DNA from: Candidatus Latescibacterota bacterium
Lineage (GTDB): Bacteria; Latescibacterota; UBA2968; GCA-2709665
Assembly (NCBI GenBank): GCA_965219995.1
Contig: CBDCOX010000002.1
Span: forward strand, 4,832,001-4,896,000
DNA length: 64,000 nucleotides
Direction: 5' to 3'
Part shown: one piece after another, positions 40,029 to 49,032 of the stretch
How positions within the stretch are numbered: the first letter of the stretch is position 1
Layout of the letters: each line of letters begins with the position of its first letter
Program-made: the position numbers and the translations under genes
Notes under the pieces: model-generated
What the model saw: only the letters and a program-made list of their open reading frames with translations
Told to the model about the DNA's origin: nothing
Database searches by the model: none

Positions 40029-41021
40029 GTGAAAGATATGCTAGGTGCCAGCGACACGCAAATCACGAGTGAGTCTACAACCGGCCTTATCCAGGTAGGT
40101 TGGCCCGGCGGTATGTTAACGCTTAGGTATACAGGGATTCCAAACGTCAACAAAGAAGCGAGAGATGAAATCAAGAACATAATGCAGCAATTCTCAGCAG
40201 ACTGTCAGATGATGTTAGTTTGGTTTGTTGGGACTCTGAACAGCCGAGGGCCTATACGCCAGCATCTAGGCGGTATCGCCCAACGGGATGAACCCCTCAC
40301 AATTAACAGCCTGCGGCCGGACGGTAGGGTAGAATCTGTATTTGCCCAGGTGCCGATAGAGAAGGTCATTGACGCTTTTTCAGACGCTGGCGAGTATGAG
40401 CGGCTATACGCCAAGACCTCTGTGGTCTTTACGTTCCAGATTTGGGAGGAGGTTGCTCGTCCAATGATTGCCGGCGCATTAAATGTAAAACCCAAGCATA
40501 TCGAGGCCACCTTGATGGGTGATTGGCGTCGCCTTCGGAATTGGCTAGTACACCGAACAGCGGCCGCGGAGCGAGATTACTTCAATAACGCCGGTCGGCT
40601 GGTTCATTTGTTGGAATCGCAACCAAACGAACCCAGCCTTACTGCCGACAAAGTCCTCGTTCTGATGCAACAACTGAACCGAATGAGTATGGACGTTAAC
40701 CCTAATTCGGCGGCGTTTGGGCTTGAGCTTGTATCGTTAAATCCGCAAATGATAGCTGAAGCAGCAAAGACGCTGGAACCGCGTGCTGGAATAATCATAC
40801 CTCCGGAGGCGGCAATGTTCCCGTCGTCTGTATTCATCATTTTGAACTCGGAGGCAGCCACTATCCACGAGCTCGATTGCAGTCAAAAGGACATCGAATT
40901 CAAGAATGATGACGACGCTCGTTGGCTACGGGTCAGTTCCTTCGGAGTTGCCCGTGAGGTGATTAAGCATTTGGGTAGACAGGAATATCGTTGCGAGCAT
41001 TGCAGACCCAGCGAGGAATAA
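40029..41021 (+). CDS. hypothetical protein: HEPN-like RxxxxH domain plus putative C-terminal Zn-binding module
   Basis: QIWEE...GDWRRLRNWLVH; C-terminal IHELDC...CEHC. Confidence 0.6.
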   Translation: MKDMLGASDTQITSESTTGLIQVGWPGGMLTLRYTGIPNVNKEARDEIKNIMQQFSADCQMMLVWFVGTLNSRGPIRQHLGGIAQRDEPLTINSLRPDGRVESVFAQVPIEKVIDAFSDAGEYERLYAKTSVVFTFQIWEEVARPMIAGALNVKPKHIEATLMGDWRRLRNWLVHRTAAAERDYFNNAGRLVHLLESQPNEPSLTADKVLVLMQQLNRMSMDVNPNSAAFGLELVSLNPQMIAEAAKTLEPRAGIIIPPEAAMFPSSVFIILNSEAATIHELDCSQKDIEFKNDDDARWLRVSSFGVAREVIKHLGRQEYRCEHCRPSEE

Positions 41022-41125
41022 CAACGGAGGGACTTGCGCGATTATTGCACCGAGTCTGGCCCGTCTCATAGATCGCCGATATGTGAACCTGAAATGCAGG
41101 TTCCGGTTGTTTGTGACTTTTCCGA

Positions 41126-41154
41126 TTGACTGATAGTTCGTACCTTGTTATCCT
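41126..41154 (+). promoter_or_regulatory. sigma70-type promoter for the TA pair
   Basis: TTGACT-17 nt-TATCCT with extended -10 TG. Confidence 0.6.
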
Positions 41155-41188
41155 GTGAATGGATACTTCACTCGGAAAGGGGTAGAAT

Positions 41189-41680
41189 ATGGCAAGTGCC
41201 ACTCTTAATTTTCCGAAAGCCGGGAAGGTTGAGGAGATGATGCGCTCGTATCAAACTACCTCTGGTGTTGGATCGGAAAGCCCTCATTCAACGGAGGAGA
41301 AGATCCAACGCCAAAGCGGTATCAATAGACTTCGGAGAGAAACAGACATTTGGCTGCGGTTTTATCGGGAGAGGTGTAAGGAGGTGAAGGAAAAGCCGTC
41401 CATAATCGACACCTACTTTAATGACAGAGATGTGGCAATAGGCGGAACTGAGGAGTTTATAAAGGTGACGAAGGCTTGTATTTCCAGCTATCGAAGCTAT
41501 GGTCGGGTGGGGGGTATCGAGGCAGAGGATGTCGAAAGTATAATTTCTTCTTTGAGCGACCTCGTGGCTGTTTGTGAGGAGTTCCTCTGGCACGTTGGTG
41601 TTTATGATGCACTGCAGGAACCGAGAACCGGCAAGGTATGTAGGTCTGCCGACGAGTTTATCCAGGAATTGGGGTTCTAG
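41189..41680 (+). CDS. putative antitoxin (unrecognised family)
   Basis: Directly upstream of a RelE-like gene; C-terminus ALQEPRTGKVCRSADEFIQEL resembles type II antitoxin tails. Confidence 0.55.
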   Translation: MASATLNFPKAGKVEEMMRSYQTTSGVGSESPHSTEEKIQRQSGINRLRRETDIWLRFYRERCKEVKEKPSIIDTYFNDRDVAIGGTEEFIKVTKACISSYRSYGRVGGIEAEDVESIISSLSDLVAVCEEFLWHVGVYDALQEPRTGKVCRSADEFIQELGF

Positions 41681-41682
41681 AT

Positions 41683-41976
41683 GTGTTGAAGCTACCGCTT
41701 TTGCTCGAAGCACCAAGCAAGAGGTTCAAGAAGCGCGCCAGCAAATTACCTCCCCAAGTTCAAGAGAACATTATGGAGATTGCGAAAGAGCTCGAGAGCG
41801 GAGAGGTTCCAATTGGCAGAGATCTAAAGTTAGTGTCTGGTTATGATAACGTCTATTCGATGAGGCTAACAGGCAGTTTTCGAGTTGCAATTGAACAGAT
41901 TTCCGAGGGAATTGGCCGCATGTTTTATGTGGATAGTCGAGAGGGTTTTTACGATTGGCTGAATCGTCGGAGATGA
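41683..41976 (+). CDS. RelE/ParE superfamily toxin
   Basis: 97 aa; SKRFKK..KLP..VQ..I, LVSG...YSMRL...FRV and SRE.FY pattern. Confidence 0.72.
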   Translation: MLKLPLLLEAPSKRFKKRASKLPPQVQENIMEIAKELESGEVPIGRDLKLVSGYDNVYSMRLTGSFRVAIEQISEGIGRMFYVDSREGFYDWLNRRR

Positions 41977-42000
41977 AGGATGTCTCTATCCCCAGACAGA

Positions 42001-42042
42001 AAGAAAAACCCAGGATGACTTTACAATCCTGGGCTCTTTTTT
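42001..42042. terminator. bidirectional-type intrinsic terminator
   Basis: A run, cccaggat/atcctggg stem, T run. Confidence 0.7.
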
Positions 42043-42101
42043 AAAGGGGATTATATACAATAGTGACGATCCGTAAATAAGCAAATTACAGGCCATTAAC
42101 C

Positions 42102-42126
42102 AAGCCCAGCAACCCCCTGGGCTTTT
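42102..42126. terminator. intrinsic terminator-like hairpin
   Basis: aagcccag/ctgggctt stem followed by tt. Confidence 0.55.
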
Positions 42127-42219
42127 GTACTTATCCCTTGGTTGTCTTTTAACTGCCATTTACAAATTCTCCCTTGATTTGTGACCTTGCTAAGTTAGAT
42201 TATAGCCATAGCGGGGGCA

Positions 42220-42540
42220 ATGTCATTCAGGGGGTCGGTCATGGAAATTGGGGTTTTTAGTTTACTTCTATCCAGCTTAGGAACAATCATAGCCGTTGTT
42301 GGTATTGGCTGGTTTGGCCTGGATAGAATGGAACAAAGAATCAAGGCCGATGCTCAAAAAGCCCACGACCTTATTGGCGAAAATATCAAAAACCTGCGAT
42401 CTGAAATAGGCAGTGTTCGGGCTGATATAAATGGGGTGCGGTCTGAAGTGAGTGACATGCGAAAAGAGGTCACAGACCTAACAGGCCGCGTTGGGCGTAT
42501 CGAGGGAATACTTGAAATGATGCAGAGCAACGCAAAATAA
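42220..42540 (+). CDS. small protein with N-terminal TM helix and heptad coiled coil
   Basis: Hydrophobic N-terminus, then LRSEIGSVRADINGVRSEVSDMRKEV..RVGRIEG. Confidence 0.7.
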   Translation: MSFRGSVMEIGVFSLLLSSLGTIIAVVGIGWFGLDRMEQRIKADAQKAHDLIGENIKNLRSEIGSVRADINGVRSEVSDMRKEVTDLTGRVGRIEGILEMMQSNAK

Positions 42541-42563
42541 CATATAGATTCAGAACCATGTTT

Positions 42564-42598
42564 AAAGGCCCAGGGAGTAGCTCAATCTCTGGGCCTTT
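42564..42598. terminator. bidirectional terminator-like hairpin
   Basis: aaaggcccaggga / tctctgggccttt, located between convergent genes. Confidence 0.7.
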
Positions 42599-42773
42599 GG
42601 TGTTTAGTTCAGTGTTTCAGCAATTGTGGTTCATTTAACTGAGCGGCTTTTTGATTCAAACGTGATTCTCAGCTTTATTTTTGTGCGGATTACGACGTGC
42701 CTGAATCGAAGGCTTATTTGCGAGGAATAGCAGGTTCAGCACTCATCGCCCTTTCTATCAAACATCTTCTAAA

Positions 42774-42977
42774 TCAACGAAGAGATATTGTCAAATGTTG
42801 TGGATGGAGGCGAGCGCATCCTGATGGATTAAGCGGCGGCTTTAACGTCTCCGTCCTGAAATTCACATTTACCAAAATCACCCTGTCATCCAACCCGACA
42901 GGTTCGCAAAGGACAATGTTAAGGTGACCTCCACTCTTCGATCCATCTGGCAAAATCGCAGTATCTCCAGGCCCTAC
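42774..42977 (-). pseudogene. relic of a PemK/MazF-like partner of the Panacea gene
   Basis: GDTAILPD...HLNIVLCEP...VILVNV, then loses resemblance; GTAG instead of a GTGA overlap at the Panacea stop. Confidence 0.45.
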
Positions 42978-43525
42978 AGGCCCAACAACCGCTCCCTGTA
43001 CCCCGTGCATCGAATGTCCTCAAGAATTATCTCGATATCCTCCGGACAGTAATCCACAGCCTTCAAAATGTCTCCAAGATTGATAGGCACCCTGCCCTTC
43101 TTTACTTCCGTATACTCAGGAAATCCATGCGTATAATCCTTCAATTCTTGAAATGACCAACTCCCAAACTCCCCGAAGAGTCCATCCATGATCTCCCTAT
43201 CCGACCGAGAAAGACGACCGAAATACGGCGGCTCTCCAGATAAAGAGACACCATTTCCATGGGTCACAAAATGAGAATCCCACTCCGTTTCTCTCTTCTT
43301 CCCATTTGTCAAATCCAACGTATTGCTCAGTATAGGACCATTCGCCATCGAAAAATAGTTGTCATAGGTAACAGCATAACCGCGCTGACGAAGTGACTCC
43401 CGATCCAACATGTACAAGAACTTCATAAGCCTGAACTTATCCCAAACACCCCCTGCTAAATAGAGATAATACGCTGTAGCCTGAACCGTTCTGTCTAAAC
43501 GAAATCTCGGCGGCGTCCAGTTCAT
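42974..43525 (-). CDS. Panacea (DUF4065/SocA-like) antitoxin domain protein
   Basis: LMKFLYMLDRESL..G..VTYD.Y.SM.NGPILS and L..YTH.FPE; AGGAGAGG RBS. Confidence 0.85.
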   Translation of the reverse strand: MNWTPPRFRLDRTVQATAYYLYLAGGVWDKFRLMKFLYMLDRESLRQRGYAVTYDNYFSMANGPILSNTLDLTNGKKRETEWDSHFVTHGNGVSLSGEPPYFGRLSRSDREIMDGLFGEFGSWSFQELKDYTHGFPEYTEVKKGRVPINLGDILKAVDYCPEDIEIILEDIRCTGYRERLLGL

Positions 43526-43758
43526 GGATCCTCTCCTGTTGGTAGGATCGCTGAGGGGATAGAATGCTTTGAGGGTACGTTTCGGGCTCTTGGGTGGAGC
43601 CTGGTCTCAATGAACCTGGTGACGTTTTCGTAGATTACAACTTCAAGCTCCGGTGGCTTCTCGGGTTCTTCTTCTGCCGGTGGCTTTTGCGGTTTTGTAC
43701 TGTATGACCTGTTGAGACGTTCTGACCTCCAGAAAAAGAAGAAATAATCCTCGCCTTT

Positions 43759-44436
43759 CCCTACGTGCCAATATAGAGTGAGACAACTCGCCCTCCGAGA
43801 TTAATGTCGTATAATGGGCGGAGAGGAGAGCACGAGATGAGGTCAAGAACCGATGTTGGAGACAACGGCAGCAAGGGGTCTCTGGTTGTGGAGGTCCCGC
43901 GCGGGATCTCCACAACCACGAGGCCGGATCCGGAGGTGCCGGCGCGTGCGAAGCGTCGCCGGTTCACCCCCCGGTACAAGCTTCGCATTCTGGAAGAGGC
44001 GGACGCTTGCCGGGCCCCTGGTGAAGTCGGTGCGCTACTGCGTCGCGAGGGGTTGTATTCCTCGCAGTTGACCCAATGGCGTCGTGCGCGTCGTGAGGGG
44101 ACGCTCAAGGCGCTATCCAAGCCGCGGGGACCCAAGGGACGTCGTCGCGACGAGGTCGCCGTCGAGAACGAGCAACTGCGCAAGGAAAACGCGCGGCTGC
44201 GGCGACGACTGGAACAGGCGCAGACCATCCTTGAGATCCAAAAAAAAGCCTCCGAGATCCTGGGGATCCCCCTGAACCCGCCGCCGGCCGACGACGACGT
44301 ATGATACGTGCTGCCGAACACCTCGCTCCGAGTGTGGGGTTGGCTTCAGCATGCCGGGCATTGGGTGTGGCGCGCGCGTCCGTATGCCGTCATCGCAAGC
44401 CAAATCCAACGTGTCCGGGTCGGTCGCGCCGTTTCC
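43759..44436 (+). mobile_element. IS3-like element: left end, complete orfA (43837-44304), truncated orfB
   Basis: orfA GALLRREGLYSSQLTQWR; A8G slippery run at 44240; orfB start (ACRALGVARAS) is cut after ~45 codons. Confidence 0.85.
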
Positions 44437-44514
44437 TGTCAATGATCGCCCATATGCGGCCACAGCAAGATCGGCATAATCAGGCGACTCCAGGATCGCC
44501 TTAATCGGGCCACC
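44437..44514 (+). mobile_element. IS21-like end with three subterminal repeats
   Basis: TGTCAAT followed by gatcgcccatatgcggccac, gatcggcataatcaggcgac and gatcgccttaatcgggccac. Confidence 0.55.
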
Positions 44515-44733
44515 GGACCTTATTGGCAAGACTCCATGCCCTCCGCTTTTAAAAATCACCTGAATAATCGATCTGAAGACCTGACATTGTAAAGGCCCAG
44601 GGGGTGAAGTCCTCTTGGATTTCTTGCATAAGGCTTGTGTGAACAGACCAAGCCGATTGCCTTTGGAGACTTTGATGAAGCGCGAAACGAAATGTAGCAG
44701 GTCAAGGTAAAATTCAGAAAATGAAACTAACAC

Positions 44734-44774
44734 AAAAAACCACCGGCCTCGCGCAGAGACAGGTGGTTCCTTTT
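44734..44774. terminator. terminator-like hairpin
   Basis: aaccacc..ggtggtt flanked by A and T runs. Confidence 0.5.
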
Positions 44775-44812
44775 GCTATCCGCCCCGGGGCGACACCCTG
44801 TGCTCCGGCGGT

Positions 44813-45355
44813 CTAACAACCAAAGTCGCTTCGATTGTAATAAAGGTAGATACCTCCGTTTAGCCAGGCTTCGGGTTTGGCGAATTGATATCGAATGAGA
44901 GTTTGTTTTGGATACATCCCGTTTTCAATAGCTTTTCCTATATACCAAATATGGGTGATATAACCGTGGCTCTCTCCTCTTTCTCCAGAACCATATGCCT
45001 GGCGTAATTGCTCAAGAATAAACTTGAAAGTCTCACGAACTTTAGGGTCTGGTGATGGGAAAATGTATTCCATTCCAACCAACATATCATTAAAAAACTG
45101 ATATTTGATCGAATTTGTAATCCCCAGTGATTGTCCCGTGTATTTATGCCATTCATAGATATCTGGTTCTGTCTCCCAAGGTTGTTTATCCTCCTCGCGT
45201 TTCTTATCGACGAATTTCCAATTTCTACTTTCTTCAATAACCCGCACCTGTTTCAATGACATGTCCCAAAACACACCACGTTCCACAAAGGGTTTGTCTA
45301 TTGCAAAGGCTGAAGAAGAAAGGCAAATCGCTATTGCTGTGATAAACGCACGCAT
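44813..45355 (-). CDS. secreted hypothetical protein
   Basis: Signal peptide MRAFITAIAICLSSSAFA; AT-rich ORF. Confidence 0.7.
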   Translation of the reverse strand: MRAFITAIAICLSSSAFAIDKPFVERGVFWDMSLKQVRVIEESRNWKFVDKKREEDKQPWETEPDIYEWHKYTGQSLGITNSIKYQFFNDMLVGMEYIFPSPDPKVRETFKFILEQLRQAYGSGERGESHGYITHIWYIGKAIENGMYPKQTLIRYQFAKPEAWLNGGIYLYYNRSDFGC

Positions 45356-45379
45356 GGTTGATTCTCATTCCTACATTAT

Positions 45380-45408
45380 TGACGGAGCCGGCGGAATTCG
45401 AATCCACA
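45380..45408 (-). other. degenerate tmRNA/tRNA 3'-end fragment (att-like scar)
   Basis: Minus strand reads gtggattcgaattccgccggctccgtca, resembling GGTTCGA.TCCCGCC.GCTCCACCA. Confidence 0.45.
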
Positions 45409-45593
45409 AACCTCTATCTGCAGACCTGCCCCTCCACGAGATTTACGACCTTGGATCTGTGATCTGCTGTCGCGTACACTCTCGTCCCACCACGAGAGAC
45501 TTGCAGGCGCAATGTAGGGAAACTAATTTCCAGCTACAAGGAAATTATCCAACAATCTTCTGTATTGTCCTACAAATAAAGGAACCGCTGACA

Positions 45594-45715
45594 CCCTACG
45601 TGCCAATATAGAGTGAGACAACTCCCCCTCCGCGTATAATGGGCGGAGAGGAGAGGACGAGATGAGGTCAAGAATTGATGTTGGAGATGTCAATGATCGG
45701 CATAATCAGGCCACC
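45594..45715 (+). mobile_element. third IS3-like left end joined to an IS21-like end
   Basis: ccctacgtgccaatatagagtgagacaactc...atgaggtcaagaattgatgttggaga, then tgtcaatgatcggcataatcaggccacc. Confidence 0.75.
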
Positions 45716-46112
45716 TGGGATAGGATTGACGTTTCGGACTTTCCCGCAACGGTACTTCCTTCTTTGCGTCTCCCAGCAGTGTTGATTTCGATTAAGAAAC
45801 AAGACGGAAGTTTCGCGAAGCATTACAAGCATTCCTTGGAGCAGGTTTAATGACGACAGGGTTTGAATTACAATACCTCAGTCCGAGATATTGTCAAACT
45901 GTGTTGTTACGAGGACAGTATTCGGATCCTGCAGTAGACCACCAGAGTAAATAGGGACATATATACAATGTTAGCCATAGACGAGACAAGCCCCGCGCGC
46001 CAGGAATTGCATAAATTCACTTGACAAGGCGTATTTTTCCTTGACATCTGCGCCAGTTACGTTAGGTTTCTACCGTAACTTGCCACGAGGAGTTTTTCTG
46101 CGGAGGTACACA

Positions 46113-46495
46113 ATGAAGAACATCCCCGTTCCCGACTGGAAATACATATCGCTATTTCCTTCCAGGGCAAAAAACGCGAAAGAAGCCCTGCGCCAAGACG
46201 CAGATGCTGTTCTCTCAGACAAGGCCAACGCACAAACGGCAGAACCCCTCGAAACACTTCCGGAAGCGGCAGACGGAGCCGAAGTTAGTTGACAGACCCT
46301 CCGCTCACAATGGAGCAACTTGAGCAGGCGCACCGCCATGCTCTTGAGCGGCGCGGACAATGGATGGCCTTTGTGCTAACCGTCCTCGCTATTGCAGCAA
46401 CGATATACAGCATTCATCAGCAACAGGAAGTTGTGGCCGTCCTTCTCGGAGGCTTCTCCTTAGCCAGCATTCTAAGGACCTTCTTGCGCCGATAG
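46113..46495 (+). pseudogene. small ORF plus truncated DUF2335-like membrane protein
   Basis: GGAGG before ATG 46113; second frame EQAHRH.LE..GQWMAF plus two TM helices. Confidence 0.5.
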
Positions 46496-46521
46496 ACTCC
46501 CGGAAAACCAAATCACCAAGA

Positions 46522-46554
46522 ACCTGCCAGCGTAGCAAACTGGCGGGTCTTTTT
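46522..46554 (+). terminator. intrinsic terminator
   Basis: acctgccag/ctggcgggt stem followed by cttttt. Confidence 0.7.
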
Positions 46555-46834
46555 ATTTCCACGATCGCCTTGCCTCTTGCCAAGTGAAAACGTTATAATA
46601 TGGAGTCCAGAAGCCGACCTTGCCGTCACAAAGTGCTTGGACACTTGAGACCACTGGACGTGAACGAAAATTTCATCCATTTGAACGACCTCGATACCCC
46701 GCTTTCGCGCTGAAACCTTTTGTGCTTTTTGTGGTAAATTTAACGACTGTCTTTTTTCGAATTGAGGTTAGACGGATAACCGAGTAAAAACCGGGAGAGT
46801 TTCAATCCAACTCGAAGTCGGGGAGGATATTCGC

Positions 46835-47125
46835 ATGTCATTTACGGACTATACGGCCGAGGAGATAGAATCACGCGGTCGGGCAATTTATGCGGAGCAG
46901 ATCCGTGACCGGTTGGATACAGATCATCGAGGCAAGTTCCTGGTCATCGACGTCGAAACAGGTGCATACAAAGTCGACGCGGACGATCTGTCAGCAACGA
47001 AACAGTTGCTTGCTGCGCGACCCAACGCCGTCATCTATGGCTTGCGAATCGGGTTTCCGACTGGCTATCGAATCGGTAGCATTGACGACGTTACGAAAGC
47101 CAACCTAACTGAATATGCATATTGA
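46835..47125 (+). CDS. small hypothetical protein (DUF5678-like)
   Basis: G..IY..QIR......GKFLVIDVETG.Y...RIG; GGAGG RBS. Confidence 0.6.
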   Translation: MSFTDYTAEEIESRGRAIYAEQIRDRLDTDHRGKFLVIDVETGAYKVDADDLSATKQLLAARPNAVIYGLRIGFPTGYRIGSIDDVTKANLTEYAY

Positions 47126-47148
47126 CAGAGCCGAAAGGGAGTCCACGA

Positions 47149-49017
47149 ATGAAACCATTCTCTGAAGATCTGCTCGCGAAGTTGGCGAATGCGACGGTGG
47201 CGCCGGACGAGACACGGCCGAGGGTCCTGCTGGGGGCCGAGGAGGTGGATGGGGCCCGGGAACGGGCGAGGGCGGCCCCGGGATTTGTGGACAAACTTGC
47301 GGAGTCGGCGAGAGAAGCATCCGACAGTGAGGACCTGTTCGGACCGGCCCCGGCGATTCCGTATTTCTGCCAGACGCCGCTGCGGTCCCTGGCGAATGCC
47401 GCTTTCATCCTGGAGGACGAGGCGTTCGCGGCCAGGGCGCTCGAAGGCGTGGAGGTGATGTTCTCGTTTCCGCCGGAGGAGTGGGTGGCGCGGCCGCACC
47501 GCCCCATGCGGTGCGATCACGCCATGCTGAACGTGGCGTCGGCGATCGGTATTTCGACGGATCTCTGCGCGTCGCTCTGGCCGCCCGGCGCTGTCGCGTC
47601 GGTCTCCGGGCGAATCAACGCGTATACCGTCGCGCGGTTTCTGGAGACGTGGGAAAAACAGGACGCGCACTGGTCCAGTCCGGACTACCACTGGAACTGG
47701 AAAATCATGTGCTGCGGGGAAATGGGTACCGCGGCCCTCGCGTGCGCCGAGGAGATCTCGGACCTGGACGCGGTCCTGCCGGCGGCGCTGGCGGGATGTC
47801 TGGATATCCTGGATTTCGTGCCGCCCGAAGGCGATTGGGCCGAGGGGCCCGGATACTGGCTCGGCACCCTGGGACACGGCGTCAAGTTCGGTGTCGGACT
47901 GAAGCGGGCGACCGGCGGCGCGGTGGACCTGTTCGAGCATCCGGCGTTGCGCATAACGGGCGACTACATTGTACACGTTACCGAACCGGACGGACAGGTC
48001 TACAATTTCAATGACAATGGAATCTCCCTCGGCGCGAGTCTGGATACTCTGCTGCTGATGGCCAGGCTGCGCCGGCGCGGAGACTGGGCCAGGACCGCGC
48101 GCGCGAGCGACCACGCGACCGTCGAGCGCCTGATCTGGGACGATCCGTCGCTGGAAGACGCGATTCCGGAGGAGACTTCACGAAGTTACCCCACAACAGG
48201 CGTCGTGACCATGCGCAGCGGTTGGGATGCGGGTGCGACGTTTGTGGGTTTGAAATCCGGTTCGAGCGCGGTCGGCCATTCGCAGCTGGACGCGAACTCA
48301 TTCGTCGTCTCCTCGCGCGGGGAACGGCTGCTGATCGACGAGGGGATCTGGCCCTACGGCCATGACCTTGGATTTTTCGACAGCGGCGGAGGGAAGCGGT
48401 GGAATTTCGACGGCAACGGGACGATCGGTCACAATACGCTGATGGTGGACGGCGAGGGCCAGCGATACGGCGCCGGGTTTCCGGGCAGGATCGTCTCTTT
48501 CGATGCGGGCGGGGAGGTGGATGTGGCCGTCGGCGACGCAACGGCGGCATACGGTGGGAAATTGAAACGTTTTCTGCGCACACTGGCCTTTGTGAAGCCC
48601 GACGTCGTGCTGGTGTACGACCGGGTCTCGTCGGAGGAACCCCGTCTCCTGGAGTGGCTGTTTCATCACCGGGCGGAGGTATCCGGCGACGAGCGGCTGA
48701 CTGAATTCCGGCGGAACGGTGTGACGTTGTCTCTTTCAAGAGTGATTCCGGAACACATGGAGTGCTGGCGGCTGAGCGACGTGAAACGGACCAGCGTGTA
48801 CACGGAATCCAACCAGTACCGCCGGCATCGAGTCGGCGTTGAATATCGGGGTTTCGGGCCGTTTCATCCGTGCCGGGAAATCGAGGTGTTGTGGGCGATT
48901 CACGTGGGGAACGCTTCCGATCGGCCGGAGGTCGAGGCGTCGGCGGGGGATGGCGGGGTGACAGCGCGCGTTGTGTTCGGGGACGGGAACGAACAAATCG
49001 TGACGTTTCCGAAATAG
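47149..49017 (+). CDS. heparinase II/III family protein
   Basis: NW..MC, GDWAEGPGYW, NFND, HSQLDANSF and HNTLMVDG motifs. Confidence 0.85.
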   Translation: MKPFSEDLLAKLANATVAPDETRPRVLLGAEEVDGARERARAAPGFVDKLAESAREASDSEDLFGPAPAIPYFCQTPLRSLANAAFILEDEAFAARALEGVEVMFSFPPEEWVARPHRPMRCDHAMLNVASAIGISTDLCASLWPPGAVASVSGRINAYTVARFLETWEKQDAHWSSPDYHWNWKIMCCGEMGTAALACAEEISDLDAVLPAALAGCLDILDFVPPEGDWAEGPGYWLGTLGHGVKFGVGLKRATGGAVDLFEHPALRITGDYIVHVTEPDGQVYNFNDNGISLGASLDTLLLMARLRRRGDWARTARASDHATVERLIWDDPSLEDAIPEETSRSYPTTGVVTMRSGWDAGATFVGLKSGSSAVGHSQLDANSFVVSSRGERLLIDEGIWPYGHDLGFFDSGGGKRWNFDGNGTIGHNTLMVDGEGQRYGAGFPGRIVSFDAGGEVDVAVGDATAAYGGKLKRFLRTLAFVKPDVVLVYDRVSSEEPRLLEWLFHHRAEVSGDERLTEFRRNGVTLSLSRVIPEHMECWRLSDVKRTSVYTESNQYRRHRVGVEYRGFGPFHPCREIEVLWAIHVGNASDRPEVEASAGDGGVTARVVFGDGNEQIVTFPK

Positions 49018-49032
49018 GCCGTCGCGCCACGT

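Noticed and set aside
45380-45408. Functional tRNA or tmRNA gene
   Set aside because: Only a degenerate 3' fragment is present, with no 5' half or CCA.
39685-47125. Integron cassette array or intact prophage
   Set aside because: There is no integrase, attC-like pattern or structural phage gene, and the genes lie on both strands.
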